Assembly: GCA_963706695.1 (NCBI GenBank)
Contig: CAVPNC010000015.1
Location: 874 to 64,873, forward strand
Direction: 5' to 3'
DNA length: 64,000 nucleotides
Source: an uncultured Chloroflexia bacterium
GTDB taxonomy: Bacteria > Chloroflexota > Limnocylindria > Limnocylindrales > CSP1-4
Below, in pieces: positions 47,955-59,092 of the stretch; positions within the stretch are counted from its first letter, which is position 1, and each line of letters opens with the position of its first letter. The notes under the pieces are model-generated. The model had not been told where the DNA came from. It made no database searches and saw only the letters and a program-made list of their open reading frames with translations. The translations under genes were made by a program, and so were the position numbers.

Positions 47955-48641
47955 CTAGCCGGCGTCCTCGTCGCCACCAACGGCGCTCTCGGCGTCTTCG
48001 CCGCCCTCGGCAGCTTCGCTCTCGACGGCCTCGGCACCTTCCTCGATGCCCTCGCCCTCGCCGAAGACCGGCTCCTCCTCGACGCGCGGTGGCTGGACTC
48101 GGGCCAGCGATTCGTCCGGGTCGGTCAGGATGGTCACGCCCTCGGGAACGATGAGGTCGCGGACATGGAGCACCGCCTCGAAGGAATCGAGCGGCGAGAT
48201 GTCCAGGTCGATGGCCGACGGCAGGGCCGTTGCGAGCGCGCTGATCGAGACGCTCTCGCGCATGTGCAACAGCGTGCCGCCAAGCTTGTCAGCGGCGGTG
48301 GAGTCACCCATGTAGTTGATGGGCACCTCGACCGTGATGGCCTCCGTCATGGACACGACGAGGAAGTCGACGTGCATGGGGCTGCGGCGGACCGGGTGCT
48401 CGTGGATGCCCTGCAGGAGCACGGGCGTGGGCTTGGCTGTCCCGATCTTGAGGTCGACGAGTGTGTTCTTGGTCGTGGTCCGGCGCAGCACATCGAACTG
48501 ACGCGCGTCGAGCTGGATGTTCTGCGAACCCTTGCCGCCGCCGTAGACCACGGCGGGGAGGACGCCTTCGCGGCGGAGATTGCTGACCTTCTTGCCGACG
48601 ACCTCTCGGGGCTCGGCAGACACGACCGGACGGGTGCTCAC
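47955..48641 (-). CDS. rplY: 50S ribosomal protein L25/Ctc
   Basis: GKK...LRREG.LPAVVYG, HVDF, KLGG, LP..I.LDIS.L, acidic tail; GAGGT RBS before GTG 48641. Confidence 0.93.
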   Translation of the reverse strand: MSTRPVVSAEPREVVGKKVSNLRREGVLPAVVYGGGKGSQNIQLDARQFDVLRRTTTKNTLVDLKIGTAKPTPVLLQGIHEHPVRRSPMHVDFLVVSMTEAITVEVPINYMGDSTAADKLGGTLLHMRESVSISALATALPSAIDLDISPLDSFEAVLHVRDLIVPEGVTILTDPDESLARVQPPRVEEEPVFGEGEGIEEGAEAVESEAAEGGEDAESAVGGDEDAG

Positions 48642-48787
48642 TGGGTGACCTCTAGACATCGATGGTCCGTACTGGGCGAACGGTTGCTCCGTTCTGGGCA
48701 GACAGACGGACGTCCCAACTGGGTGGACGGCCGTGAATCGTAGCACGTGCGGGTCAAATGCCACACCGATGTACCATCGAGCACTGA

Positions 48788-49486
48788 ATGTCAGCAACCA
48801 TCCTCATCGTCGAAGACGAGTACGCAGTCGCCCGCGGTATCCAGTACGCCCTCGAGCAAGAGGGCTATCAGGTCACGGTCGCCGGTTCGGGTGAAGAGGC
48901 CCTCGAGGTCGCGGGTGAGCTCGCGCCCGACCTGATCGTGCTCGATGTGCGCATGCCCGGGATCGATGGCTTCGAGACGCTGCGCCGCATGCGCCTGGAC
49001 GGCTCCAAGGCGCCGGTCCTGATGCTGACCGCGCGCGACGAGGAGATGGACAAGGTCATCGGCCTCGAGATGGGTGCGGATGACTACATGACCAAGCCCT
49101 TCGGCCTGCGCGAGCTGCAGAGTCGCATCAAGGCCCTTCTGCGACGGGCCTATGGGGACCTCGCGGATGCCATGGGCGGACGGCTCATCCGCCACCGCGA
49201 CCTCGTGATCGATCTCGACCGCCGACGCGTGCAGCGTGGTGAGAAGCGCGTCAGCCTGACCGCCACGGAGTTCGAGATCCTGCGCCACCTCGCCTCGAAG
49301 CCGGGCCGTGTCTTCTCCCGGCGGGAGCTGCTGGAGCTCGTGCGCGACTACGAGGCGCTCGACCAGGACGAGAAGACCATCAACGTCCACGTCAGCCACC
49401 TGCGCGAGAAGCTCGAAGATGATCCCATCGACCCCACCTTCATCCTCACCATCCGGGGTGCCGGCTACGCCTTCGCCGAGCGCTGA
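48788..49486 (+). CDS. OmpR/PhoB-family response regulator
   Basis: IVEDE, LDVRMP, GADDYMTKPF and winged-helix VHVSHLREK, TIRGAGY. Confidence 0.95.
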   Translation: MSATILIVEDEYAVARGIQYALEQEGYQVTVAGSGEEALEVAGELAPDLIVLDVRMPGIDGFETLRRMRLDGSKAPVLMLTARDEEMDKVIGLEMGADDYMTKPFGLRELQSRIKALLRRAYGDLADAMGGRLIRHRDLVIDLDRRRVQRGEKRVSLTATEFEILRHLASKPGRVFSRRELLELVRDYEALDQDEKTINVHVSHLREKLEDDPIDPTFILTIRGAGYAFAER

Positions 49487-49496
49487 GTAGGCACTG

Positions 49497-51059
<1,563 letters not shown>

Positions 51060-51122
51060 ATCGGCGAGCCCTACGCTCAGAAGCCTGCACGCCCACGCCC
51101 CTGACCGGAGAGACTCGCCTTC

Positions 51123-52451
51123 ATGGCCGATCGGCCCCCTGCGGACAACGACCGTCAGCACGCCTCCTACAGCCCGCCTCCGCAGCATCGTCCCGCCTGG
51201 ATCGAGGATGGCTGGGCTCAGCCAGCGAACCCATCGGCGGATCCCTCCGGCACGGTGCGGGCCCGTGCCCTGCCGCCGCCCCCGGCACGACCGCCGATCC
51301 GTCGCCAGCGCCGTACCAGCACGCTGCTGGCGGTCTCCGTCGTGGCCGCCATGCTGGCCTCGCTGAGCACCTACTCGCTGCTGCTGGCCACGGGGCAGCT
51401 CGACCGTCGCGTGCTGGTCTCGGAGCCGCTCGGACAGCAGACGGGCATGGCCACGCAGGTGGACCCGGACATCGTGCGGGTGGTGGAAGAGAACGCGGTG
51501 ACCGCAGCGGTGGAGGAGGTCAGCCCTGCGGTCGTGACCATCACTCCGCGGTCGCGAGACGGCTCGTATGTCTTCGAGGGCGTGGGCTCGGGCGTGATCT
51601 ACGACTCGGACGGCTGGGTCGTGACCAACCGTCATGTCGTCTGCGGCGCGGAGTCGATCACCGTGCAGCTGGCTGACGGGCAACGCTATGCGGGCAGGGT
51701 CCATGGCCTGGACACGCTCACCGACCTGGCCATCGTCAAGATCGAGGAGGCCAAGGGCTTGCCGGCGGTGGACCTGGGCAACTCGGGCACACTGCAGGTG
51801 GGCCAGCACGCCATCGCCATCGGCAGCCCCCTGGGCACCTTCACCAACTCGGTCACCACCGGCGTCGTCAGCGCCCTGGGCCGCCAGATCGACGTTGACG
51901 ACAGCTGCGGCCGCAGCGGCCGGATCGAGACCCTGCGCAACCTCATCCAGACGGACGCGGCCATCAACCCCGGCAACAGCGGCGGCGCCCTCGTCGATGC
52001 CGGAGGGGCGCTCATCGGGATCAACACCGCCATCGCCGGAGATGCCCAGGGCATCGGCTTCGCCATCCCCGTGAACCTGGCCCGGCCGATCATGCTCCAG
52101 GCCATCGAAGGGGAGACGCTCAGTCGGCCCTGGATGGGCGTGTACTACACCGCCCTGACGCCGGTGCTGCAGGAACAGCAGGGCCTCGTCCTGGGCTATG
52201 GCGCGCTCGTGGAGGCGCCGGCCAACCTGTCCGCGGCAGCGGTCTTCCCGGGCAGTCCCGCTGACGAGGCCGGGCTACGTGCAGGCGACATCATCACGCA
52301 CGTCGACACCATCAAGGTGGACGGGAACAACCCGCTCGATGAGATCCTGACCCAGTACCGCCCGCGTGACACCGTGGCCCTGCGCGTGCTGCGGGGTGAC
52401 CAGCTCCTGGACCTCAGCCTGACCCTCGGCGATCGCCCTTCGGGCAGCTGA
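51123..52451 (+). CDS. htrA: HtrA/DegP-family serine protease with PDZ domain
   Basis: TM anchor, GSGVI, TNRHV, DLAIVK, INPGNSGG, single PDZ domain. Confidence 0.92.
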   Translation: MADRPPADNDRQHASYSPPPQHRPAWIEDGWAQPANPSADPSGTVRARALPPPPARPPIRRQRRTSTLLAVSVVAAMLASLSTYSLLLATGQLDRRVLVSEPLGQQTGMATQVDPDIVRVVEENAVTAAVEEVSPAVVTITPRSRDGSYVFEGVGSGVIYDSDGWVVTNRHVVCGAESITVQLADGQRYAGRVHGLDTLTDLAIVKIEEAKGLPAVDLGNSGTLQVGQHAIAIGSPLGTFTNSVTTGVVSALGRQIDVDDSCGRSGRIETLRNLIQTDAAINPGNSGGALVDAGGALIGINTAIAGDAQGIGFAIPVNLARPIMLQAIEGETLSRPWMGVYYTALTPVLQEQQGLVLGYGALVEAPANLSAAAVFPGSPADEAGLRAGDIITHVDTIKVDGNNPLDEILTQYRPRDTVALRVLRGDQLLDLSLTLGDRPSGS

Positions 52452-52466
52452 AGCGGGTCCGGCCGG

Positions 52467-52826
52467 TCAGCGCTCGCGCCGGATCTCCACCTCGGCGTGG
52501 TCCATGGAGACGTCCATGGGCACGGCCAGCTTGCGCACTCGTGCCGTCACGGCATCTGCCCTGGGGGCGGCCTCCAGCACGCGACGCACGAGCGTACCGG
52601 CCAAGCCCTCGAGGGTGGTGAACGAGCCGTCCTCGGTGGTGCGCTCGACGAGGGTCACCAGCGGTCCGTAGTCGATGGTGTCAGCCAGGGCGTCGGAGGT
52701 TGCGGCGGCACTGAGATCGGCCTCCACGAGCAGGTCGATCTCCAGCATCTGCGGGAACGAACGCTCGTCCTCGCTGGCGCCGATGAGACACTCGTAGCGC
52801 ATCGAGCTGAGCGTGATCCGATCCAT
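52467..52826 (-). CDS. folB: Dihydroneopterin aldolase
   Basis: IG...DER...Q, SD.L.DTIDY, TLE.LA, VRK; downstream of folP. Confidence 0.88.
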   Translation of the reverse strand: MDRITLSSMRYECLIGASEDERSFPQMLEIDLLVEADLSAAATSDALADTIDYGPLVTLVERTTEDGSFTTLEGLAGTLVRRVLEAAPRADAVTARVRKLAVPMDVSMDHAEVEIRRER

Positions 52827-52839
52827 CTTGTCTGGCCTC

Positions 52840-53697
52840 CTAGCGTTCGCTACCGGCTTCGGTCCAGCCACCCCGGATGATGGCATCGCTCATGCGGGCG
52901 ACCCGCACGTTCTCGATGACGTCGTGGACACGCACGATGTCCACGCCGGCAGCGACCCCCAGGGCGGTCGTCGCCAGCGTGCCCTCCAGCCGCTCATCGG
53001 CCGGCAGGTCCAGGACCTTGCCGATGGTGGACTTGCGGCTGGTACCGAGCAGCACGGGCCGGTCCAGGCTGACCACGGCCGCCAGGTCACGCAGGATGGC
53101 AAGGTTCTGCTCCGCGGTCTTGCCGAAGCCGATACCCACATCCACGATGAGGGAGCCCGGCTTACAGCCCATGGCCTCCGCGGCTGCCAGCGCCCCGCGC
53201 AAGTCCGCCACGACCTCGGCGACCACGTCCTCGTAGACGGCCTCCGACCGACTGTGCATGATGATGTAGGGCGCGTCGTGGGCAGCTGCCACCGGAGCCA
53301 GAGCAGCCCCGGCCGTGACGCCCGCCACGTCGTTCACGATGTCGGCACCGGCCTCGAGCGCGGCCGTGGCCACAGCGGCCTTGCTCGTGTCGATGCTCAG
53401 GGGCAGACCCGGCAGGCGTGCCCGGAGCCTGCGCACCACGGCCACCACGCGAGCCAGCTCGTGCTCAGCGCGCACGGGCGCATGCCCCGGACGCGTGGAC
53501 TCGCCACCCACGTCGATGATGTCCGCGCCCTGCGCCACCATCCGTTCCGCCTGGGCCACCGCCGCCTCGACCGGATCAGCTCCCGCGAGGAGCCCGTCAC
53601 CGCTGAAGGAATCGGGCGTCATGTTGACGATGCCCATGATGTAGGTGCGTTCGCCGAAACGCAGCTCCAGGTCTCGGACGCGGATGGGATCAGGCAT
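52840..53697 (-). CDS. folP: Dihydropteroate synthase
   Basis: MGIVNMTPDSFSGDG, DVGGESTRPG, GFGK, SRKS and RVHDV motifs. Confidence 0.95.
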   Translation of the reverse strand: MPDPIRVRDLELRFGERTYIMGIVNMTPDSFSGDGLLAGADPVEAAVAQAERMVAQGADIIDVGGESTRPGHAPVRAEHELARVVAVVRRLRARLPGLPLSIDTSKAAVATAALEAGADIVNDVAGVTAGAALAPVAAAHDAPYIIMHSRSEAVYEDVVAEVVADLRGALAAAEAMGCKPGSLIVDVGIGFGKTAEQNLAILRDLAAVVSLDRPVLLGTSRKSTIGKVLDLPADERLEGTLATTALGVAAGVDIVRVHDVIENVRVARMSDAIIRGGWTEAGSER

Positions 53698-55009
53698 CGT
53701 GATCGCTGATGGTGCCTGCCACGAGCCTGCTGCGCACGTGCCCCACGAGGTAGAGCGAACCGGCGACGACGAGTGGCCCGCCAGCAGCCGCAGCCTGGGC
53801 CAGGGCCTGATCGAGCGCCGCATCCGCGTCACCGAGAGACCGGGCGGGCGCGCCCGTGATCGAGCTCCAGCGCGCGGCCAGTTCGTCCGGCGGGAGGGTT
53901 CGGTCGGTATCGGGCACGGCGGTGGCGAGGCAGCGTGACTGGCCCAGCACGCCGGAGGTCGCCAGCGCCTGCAGCATCTCGCCGACCTCCTTGTCGCGCA
54001 TCACGGCCAACAGGAGCGTGGCCGGCCCGTCGGGCAGTGAACCTTCGAGCGCGTCGACGGTGGCGGCCAGCACGGCCATGCCATCAGGGTTGTGGGCGCC
54101 GTCGAGCAGGACCGTCGATGTGCCGAGGTCGATGAGCTCCAGGCGTCCGGGCCAGCGCGTGGCGGCGAAGCCGGCGCGGATGTCCTGCTCGGAGACGGAC
54201 GCCACACCGGCCGCGGCCAGCGCCTCCAGGATGCCCAGCGCGACCGCGGCGTTGGCCGCCTGGTGAGCGCCCAGCAGCGGCAGGCGCAACTCGCCCAGCC
54301 GATGGTGCCGCAGGGTCAGACCCGCTCGATCCATGCCCTCGACCGGCAGGGGCGGGCACTCGATCAGTGGCGCTCCGGTCTCCGCGGCGCGGGCGCGGAT
54401 CACCTCCAGGGCGATGCCGTCGGCCCCCGTCACGGCCCGGCAGCCGGGCTTGATGATGGCGGCCTTCTCGGTCGCGACCGCCTCGATCGTGTGGCCCAGG
54501 TACTCCTGATGGTCGAGGCCCACGTTCGTCACCGCCGCCACGTCCGGGTCCCACGTGTTGGAGGCGTCGAGTCGTCCGCCGAGCCCGACCTCCATGACCA
54601 TCACATCCACGCCCCGCCGGGCGGCCTGGAGGTAGGCCGCGGCGGTGAGCAGCTCGAACTCGGTCGCCAGCCCGAACTCGCCCTCGCCGGGCGTGCTCGC
54701 CTCCAGCACTTCCTCAAGGAGGGCATCGAGCTCGGCCGCGCCGATGGGCTGGCCATCGACGGTGATGCGCTCGCGGTAGCTGTGGAGGTGAGGGCTGGGC
54801 GAGCCCGCGGTCGAGTAGCCGGCAGCTGCCAGCACCGAGCTGACCATCGCGGCGACGCTGCCCTTGCCGTTGGTGCCGGCGGTGAGGACGCCACGCAGTG
54901 ACAGCTGCGGATCGCCCAGGGTCCCCAGGAGCACCTGCATGCGGCCGAGGCCGAGCCGGATGCCGATGTGTCCGCGCGCCCGGATGCGCGCCAGCGCGTC
55001 AGCCGCCAC
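53690..55009 (-). CDS. folC: Folylpolyglutamate/dihydrofolate synthase
   Basis: GTNGKGS, SPHL..YRERI, EVGLGGRLDASN, WPGRLE and LDGAHNP motifs. Confidence 0.94.
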   Translation of the reverse strand: MAADALARIRARGHIGIRLGLGRMQVLLGTLGDPQLSLRGVLTAGTNGKGSVAAMVSSVLAAAGYSTAGSPSPHLHSYRERITVDGQPIGAAELDALLEEVLEASTPGEGEFGLATEFELLTAAAYLQAARRGVDVMVMEVGLGGRLDASNTWDPDVAAVTNVGLDHQEYLGHTIEAVATEKAAIIKPGCRAVTGADGIALEVIRARAAETGAPLIECPPLPVEGMDRAGLTLRHHRLGELRLPLLGAHQAANAAVALGILEALAAAGVASVSEQDIRAGFAATRWPGRLELIDLGTSTVLLDGAHNPDGMAVLAATVDALEGSLPDGPATLLLAVMRDKEVGEMLQALATSGVLGQSRCLATAVPDTDRTLPPDELAARWSSITGAPARSLGDADAALDQALAQAAAAGGPLVVAGSLYLVGHVRSRLVAGTISDHDA

Positions 55010-55010
55010 G

Positions 55011-55424
55011 TCAGAAGGCGACGATCTCTTCCTCGTAGAAGACGCACTGGTTGAAGCGCGCCGAGAGGCAGACATCGGTGACGTAGCCGCCGTCGAGGTG
55101 GACACCGCCACGCACCTGGCAGCGAGCGATGGTGCCGTCCTGGCGCATGTACGCCTTGAGCAGGTGCGGGGTCTGGACCGGGATGGGACCGCGCGGACCG
55201 GTCATGTAGAAGTGCGGGCACACGTTGCGCCGAAGGTTGGGCAGCCCGAAGGGGATGCCCGGCCGCAGGGCGTCGAGCTGCGTGGACGCGACGTCGGCAC
55301 TGGGCATGCGTGGCGCGACCCGGGCGATCGGGCCTGGGGGCGGCGGTGGTGGTGAGTGCCCGATCGTGTTGGAGCGCGACTCGCGGTCCCGGTTCGATGG
55401 CACACCACGCTGGTTCGAGTTCAA
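55011..55424 (-). CDS. Small Cys-rich hypothetical protein
   Basis: GGAGAGGGG RBS before TTG 55424 (ATG 55307 alternative); CPHF...C...C.......C.FY; ends 1 nt before folC. Confidence 0.7.
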   Translation of the reverse strand: MNSNQRGVPSNRDRESRSNTIGHSPPPPPPGPIARVAPRMPSADVASTQLDALRPGIPFGLPNLRRNVCPHFYMTGPRGPIPVQTPHLLKAYMRQDGTIARCQVRGGVHLDGGYVTDVCLSARFNQCVFYEEEIVAF

Positions 55425-55486
55425 GCGATCCCCTCTCCGGGACTCCCCCGATGGTGTTCCGCGATAGCGTGCCACAATCTGCGTGG

Positions 55487-56653
55487 ATGGACGACGTAAC
55501 TTCACGGACTCGTTCGACCGCCCGCCGGATGGCCTCGGCCAAGGCGGGAGGCACGACGAAGCGCACCAGCCCCAACCGCGGGACCAACAAGGGCCAGCAG
55601 GCAGACGTGTCGCCCGCGCGCTGGGCCGGCGTGGCGCTCGTGATGGCGGCCATCGTGGGCGCCATCTTCCTGGCCATGATCAGCCCCAGCGATCCCGGCG
55701 AGTCAGGTGAGCCCAGCCAGCCTGGGTCGGTGGCCGAGATCCCCGCACCAAGCCCGACCGCTGCGGCGATCGCGGTCGATGTGCCCATCCCGGTCGCGCA
55801 ACCGGTCATCACCAGTCCCGCGGACGGTACCTCGACCCCGGAGATCGAGATCGCCGTCACCGTCGACGTCCCCGACGACACCACCGTTCGCAAGAAGGAC
55901 CTCGAGCTGCATGTCTACAACGGCAGCGAGGTCACCACCCTCGAGCGCCCGACGCCAGGCACCACTGTGACGGTCGAGGGCGTTCGGCTGACGCCCGGGG
56001 AGAACACCATCGCCGCCGTGCTGGGCAGTCTGGCTGGACCCGGTCCGGCCTCCGATCCGGTGGTCGTCATCCTCGACGAGACCCAGGCCAAGGTCGAGAT
56101 CATGTCGCCCCAGAACAAGACCGAGACCTACGACGATGTCGTCCCGGTCCAGTTCACCTCGGAGGTCGGAGCCACGGTCCGGGTCGTGAACGAGGCCAAC
56201 GCCTTCGACGACGAGGCGGTCGTCGGGCCCAGCGGCGAGCACTCGCTGTCCGTGCGCCTGAAGCGGGGCAAGAACCGCATCGTGGCCACATCCGTCGATG
56301 AGGCCGGCCAGCGGCAGAAGGATACCGTCAACGTCACCCGTATCGATGGCAGGCCCAAGGCCAAGCTCAAGTTCCCCCGAGCGGTGAAGCCGCCCGGGGA
56401 CGTGCGTATCGTCGTCGACGTGACCGACTTCAAGGGCGCACCCATGCCTGACGCGGAGGTCCACTTCTCGCTGGGTGGTACCGGCCGCGTGACCGTGACC
56501 GAGCAGGGCATCACCAACGACAAGGGGCGTGCGGTGTGGAATACGTCGGTCGCCACGAGCACGTCGCCTGCCACGACCGTCGAGCTGGGCGTCATCGTCT
56601 ACTCCCCGTCCGGCGACAAGGACGTCCTCGACGGCACCATCGATCTGCAGTAG
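55487..56653 (+). CDS. Membrane-anchored protein with about three Ig-like domains
   Basis: One TM segment, Pro-rich linker, L.PGENTI and LKRGKNRI strands, Big_1-like TNDKGRA tail. Confidence 0.78.
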   Translation: MDDVTSRTRSTARRMASAKAGGTTKRTSPNRGTNKGQQADVSPARWAGVALVMAAIVGAIFLAMISPSDPGESGEPSQPGSVAEIPAPSPTAAAIAVDVPIPVAQPVITSPADGTSTPEIEIAVTVDVPDDTTVRKKDLELHVYNGSEVTTLERPTPGTTVTVEGVRLTPGENTIAAVLGSLAGPGPASDPVVVILDETQAKVEIMSPQNKTETYDDVVPVQFTSEVGATVRVVNEANAFDDEAVVGPSGEHSLSVRLKRGKNRIVATSVDEAGQRQKDTVNVTRIDGRPKAKLKFPRAVKPPGDVRIVVDVTDFKGAPMPDAEVHFSLGGTGRVTVTEQGITNDKGRAVWNTSVATSTSPATTVELGVIVYSPSGDKDVLDGTIDLQ

Positions 56654-56665
56654 CGGGCGCGGTGC

Positions 56666-57199
56666 TCAGCCGAACCAGCGCCTGCGGCGATGACGTTGTC
56701 GCTCGTCGTCGCGGCCCGCTCCAGGTTCAACGACCGGCGCGTCGACCAGCTTGTCCGGCTCCGACTCGACCCAACCGGCGCGGCCGATTTCCTCGAGCCG
56801 GGGCCTGGCCCTCTGCCGTGTCCCTGCTGCCGGCGCAGGGCCGGCCTGATCATGAGCTGACCGCAGGCCGGCCGCGATGGCGACCGACGGCCTGAACACG
56901 AGCCTCGGCTCGGGCAACGCTTCAGGCGTATCGAAGAGCCCTGCTCCTGGGGCGGGAACTGCCGTCCCCTCCCAGCAGGAGCGGGTCTCGTCAGCACGCA
57001 AGGGCTCACGCGTGGGGTCGTTGGCGCAGTAGCCGATGCCGACCGCCACGGAGGGGCGATAGCGATGGCAGCTGTCACAGCTGTAGGCCGCCTTCGAGCA
57101 GCGCCAGCAGCGCGTCGTCTGCGCCTGCAGCGTCCGGCACCCGGGGCAACGCCAGGACGAGGCCGCCGAGACCGTGTCGGGGTGGTCGAAGATGGACAT
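56666..57199 (-). CDS. Cys-rich zinc-ribbon-like protein
   Basis: CPGC, CWRC, CDSC, GYC and SCW motifs; directly downstream of the kinase. Confidence 0.7.
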   Translation of the reverse strand: MSIFDHPDTVSAASSWRCPGCRTLQAQTTRCWRCSKAAYSCDSCHRYRPSVAVGIGYCANDPTREPLRADETRSCWEGTAVPAPGAGLFDTPEALPEPRLVFRPSVAIAAGLRSAHDQAGPAPAAGTRQRARPRLEEIGRAGWVESEPDKLVDAPVVEPGAGRDDERQRHRRRRWFG

Positions 57200-57217
57200 C
57201 TCAGGTCCCGTGCCCGA

Positions 57218-59044
57218 TCAGCCGGCGGGACACGGTTCCTGCGGGTCAGCGAGCATGAGGTCCACCTTCGTGCCCACCGGGACCATCTCGCTGCCCTTGG
57301 GCAGCTGATCGTGAACGACCCACGTCTCTGCCGGTGGGGGATCGGGGTAGGTGGCGCCGACCAGCAGCCCCTTGCCCTGTAGCTGGTCGCGCGCGGTGGC
57401 CAGCTCGAGGCAGGTGAACTCACCCACCAGCACGACCTCAGGCGAGGGGAACGGCGTGGGCTCAGCGGTGGCAGCAGGAGTCGGCGAGGTCGTGGGCTCG
57501 GCTGAGGGCGTGGCGACCGGCACCGGCGAGGGATCGGTGCCCGGACCCAGCGAGACGACGTAGTCCACGGGCGTCCCGCGGGTGGTCGATGATCCGGCGC
57601 GCGGATCCGTGGAGATGACGTAGCCCTCCGGCAAGGTGTCAGGCGCGGTAGAACGGGCACCCGCGAACAGCCCCGAGTCTTCGAGCTGAAGGATCGCGGT
57701 CGCCTCCTTGATGCCATGCACGTCGGGCACGACGACCGTCTCCACCTGCGTGGAGACCGTGACCTGGACGGTGGTCCCCGCGGGCACCTCCGTTTCTGGC
57801 TCGGGTAGCTGCTGTACGACGCGCCCAGCCTCGATCTCGTCGGTCTCGTGGTAGGCGATCTCGAGGACCACCCCATCTCGGTCGGCGAGAGCCTGGGCGT
57901 CGGCCTCGGTCTGACCCACGAAGTCAGGCGTCTGGACCAGCTCGATGGTGGGCTCCGGCGTCGGGCTTGGCGTCGGCTGCTCGTCGCCGATACCGCTGAA
58001 GAGGAGGAACAGGAGGATGCCCGAGGCCACGATCACGAGCAGTCCCAACCCGGCTGCCAGCCAGCCCCAGGGGCCTGAGCCCGAGCGGTCGGCGTCGGCG
58101 GCACCGGCGCCCGGGGCCGCGTAGGCGGTCTGGGTCGGCGGATGGACCGGTGGGGGTGGCGCACCGGGCGGTCCGGCAGCACCGGCGGCGACGCCCGCAG
58201 CAGCCAGGGCGGCCGCTCCGGATGGGTCGGTGCGGAAGCGCGCCAGCGCCGTGGAGAGCTCCGCCGCGGAGGGGCGCACGCTTGGATCGACAGCCAGGCA
58301 CCAGCGCACGATGGCGTCGAGCGCCGGCGGCACTTCCGCCCGCACCGCCATCGGCGAGGGCACCCCGCCACTGAGCCGGGCTACGGCCACGGCAGCCGGG
58401 GAGTCACCTGAGAATGCGCGCTGGCCGGTGAGCATCTCGTACATCACCAGGCCCAGGGAATAGATATCGGACGCGGCGGTGGCGGTGTCTCCGCGGGCCT
58501 GCTCGGGGCTGAAGTAGAGGACGCTACCGAGGGTGATGCCGGTCGCGGTCACCGGTGATCCGGCGGCGGCCTGGGCGATGCCGAAGTCGGCGACCTGCAC
58601 GCGGCCGTCCGGAGAGAGCAGGATGTTGCTGGGCTTGATGTCACGATGGACCAGGCCGGCTGCGTGGGCGGCCGCTAGCGCATCGGCCACCTGTTGGCCC
58701 ATGTTGGCCACGGCGGTGGGGGGCAGATTGCCCTTCTTGCCCAGGGCGGAGGCAAGATCGCCACCGGAGACCTGCTCCATGACGATGTAGGGGCCGGCGG
58801 TGTCGGTGCCGTAGTCGTAGACCTGGACGATGTTGGGATGGCTCAGCGATGCCGCGGCCTGGGCCTCGTGCTCGAAGCGCTGCACGAACTGGGCGTCCGC
58901 GCCGTACTCCGGACGCAGGACCTTGACCGCCACCTCCCGCCCGAGCTTGTCATCGGTGGCACCGAAGATGGTCGCCATGCCCCCCTGGCCCAGGACCTGG
59001 TCCAGGCGATAGCGCCCGCCGAGGAGCGTGCCCAACTCAGCCAC
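57218..59044 (-). CDS. PASTA-domain Ser/Thr protein kinase (PknB/Stk1-like)
   Basis: GQGGMA, VAVK, HRDIKPSN, DFG, SPE; TM segment; three PASTA-like repeats. Confidence 0.93.
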   Translation of the reverse strand: MAELGTLLGGRYRLDQVLGQGGMATIFGATDDKLGREVAVKVLRPEYGADAQFVQRFEHEAQAAASLSHPNIVQVYDYGTDTAGPYIVMEQVSGGDLASALGKKGNLPPTAVANMGQQVADALAAAHAAGLVHRDIKPSNILLSPDGRVQVADFGIAQAAAGSPVTATGITLGSVLYFSPEQARGDTATAASDIYSLGLVMYEMLTGQRAFSGDSPAAVAVARLSGGVPSPMAVRAEVPPALDAIVRWCLAVDPSVRPSAAELSTALARFRTDPSGAAALAAAGVAAGAAGPPGAPPPPVHPPTQTAYAAPGAGAADADRSGSGPWGWLAAGLGLLVIVASGILLFLLFSGIGDEQPTPSPTPEPTIELVQTPDFVGQTEADAQALADRDGVVLEIAYHETDEIEAGRVVQQLPEPETEVPAGTTVQVTVSTQVETVVVPDVHGIKEATAILQLEDSGLFAGARSTAPDTLPEGYVISTDPRAGSSTTRGTPVDYVVSLGPGTDPSPVPVATPSAEPTTSPTPAATAEPTPFPSPEVVLVGEFTCLELATARDQLQGKGLLVGATYPDPPPAETWVVHDQLPKGSEMVPVGTKVDLMLADPQEPCPAG

Positions 59045-59092
59045 GCAGTCGGGCCCTGCGCATGATCCCGCGACCGACGCCCTCGGCCTGCG

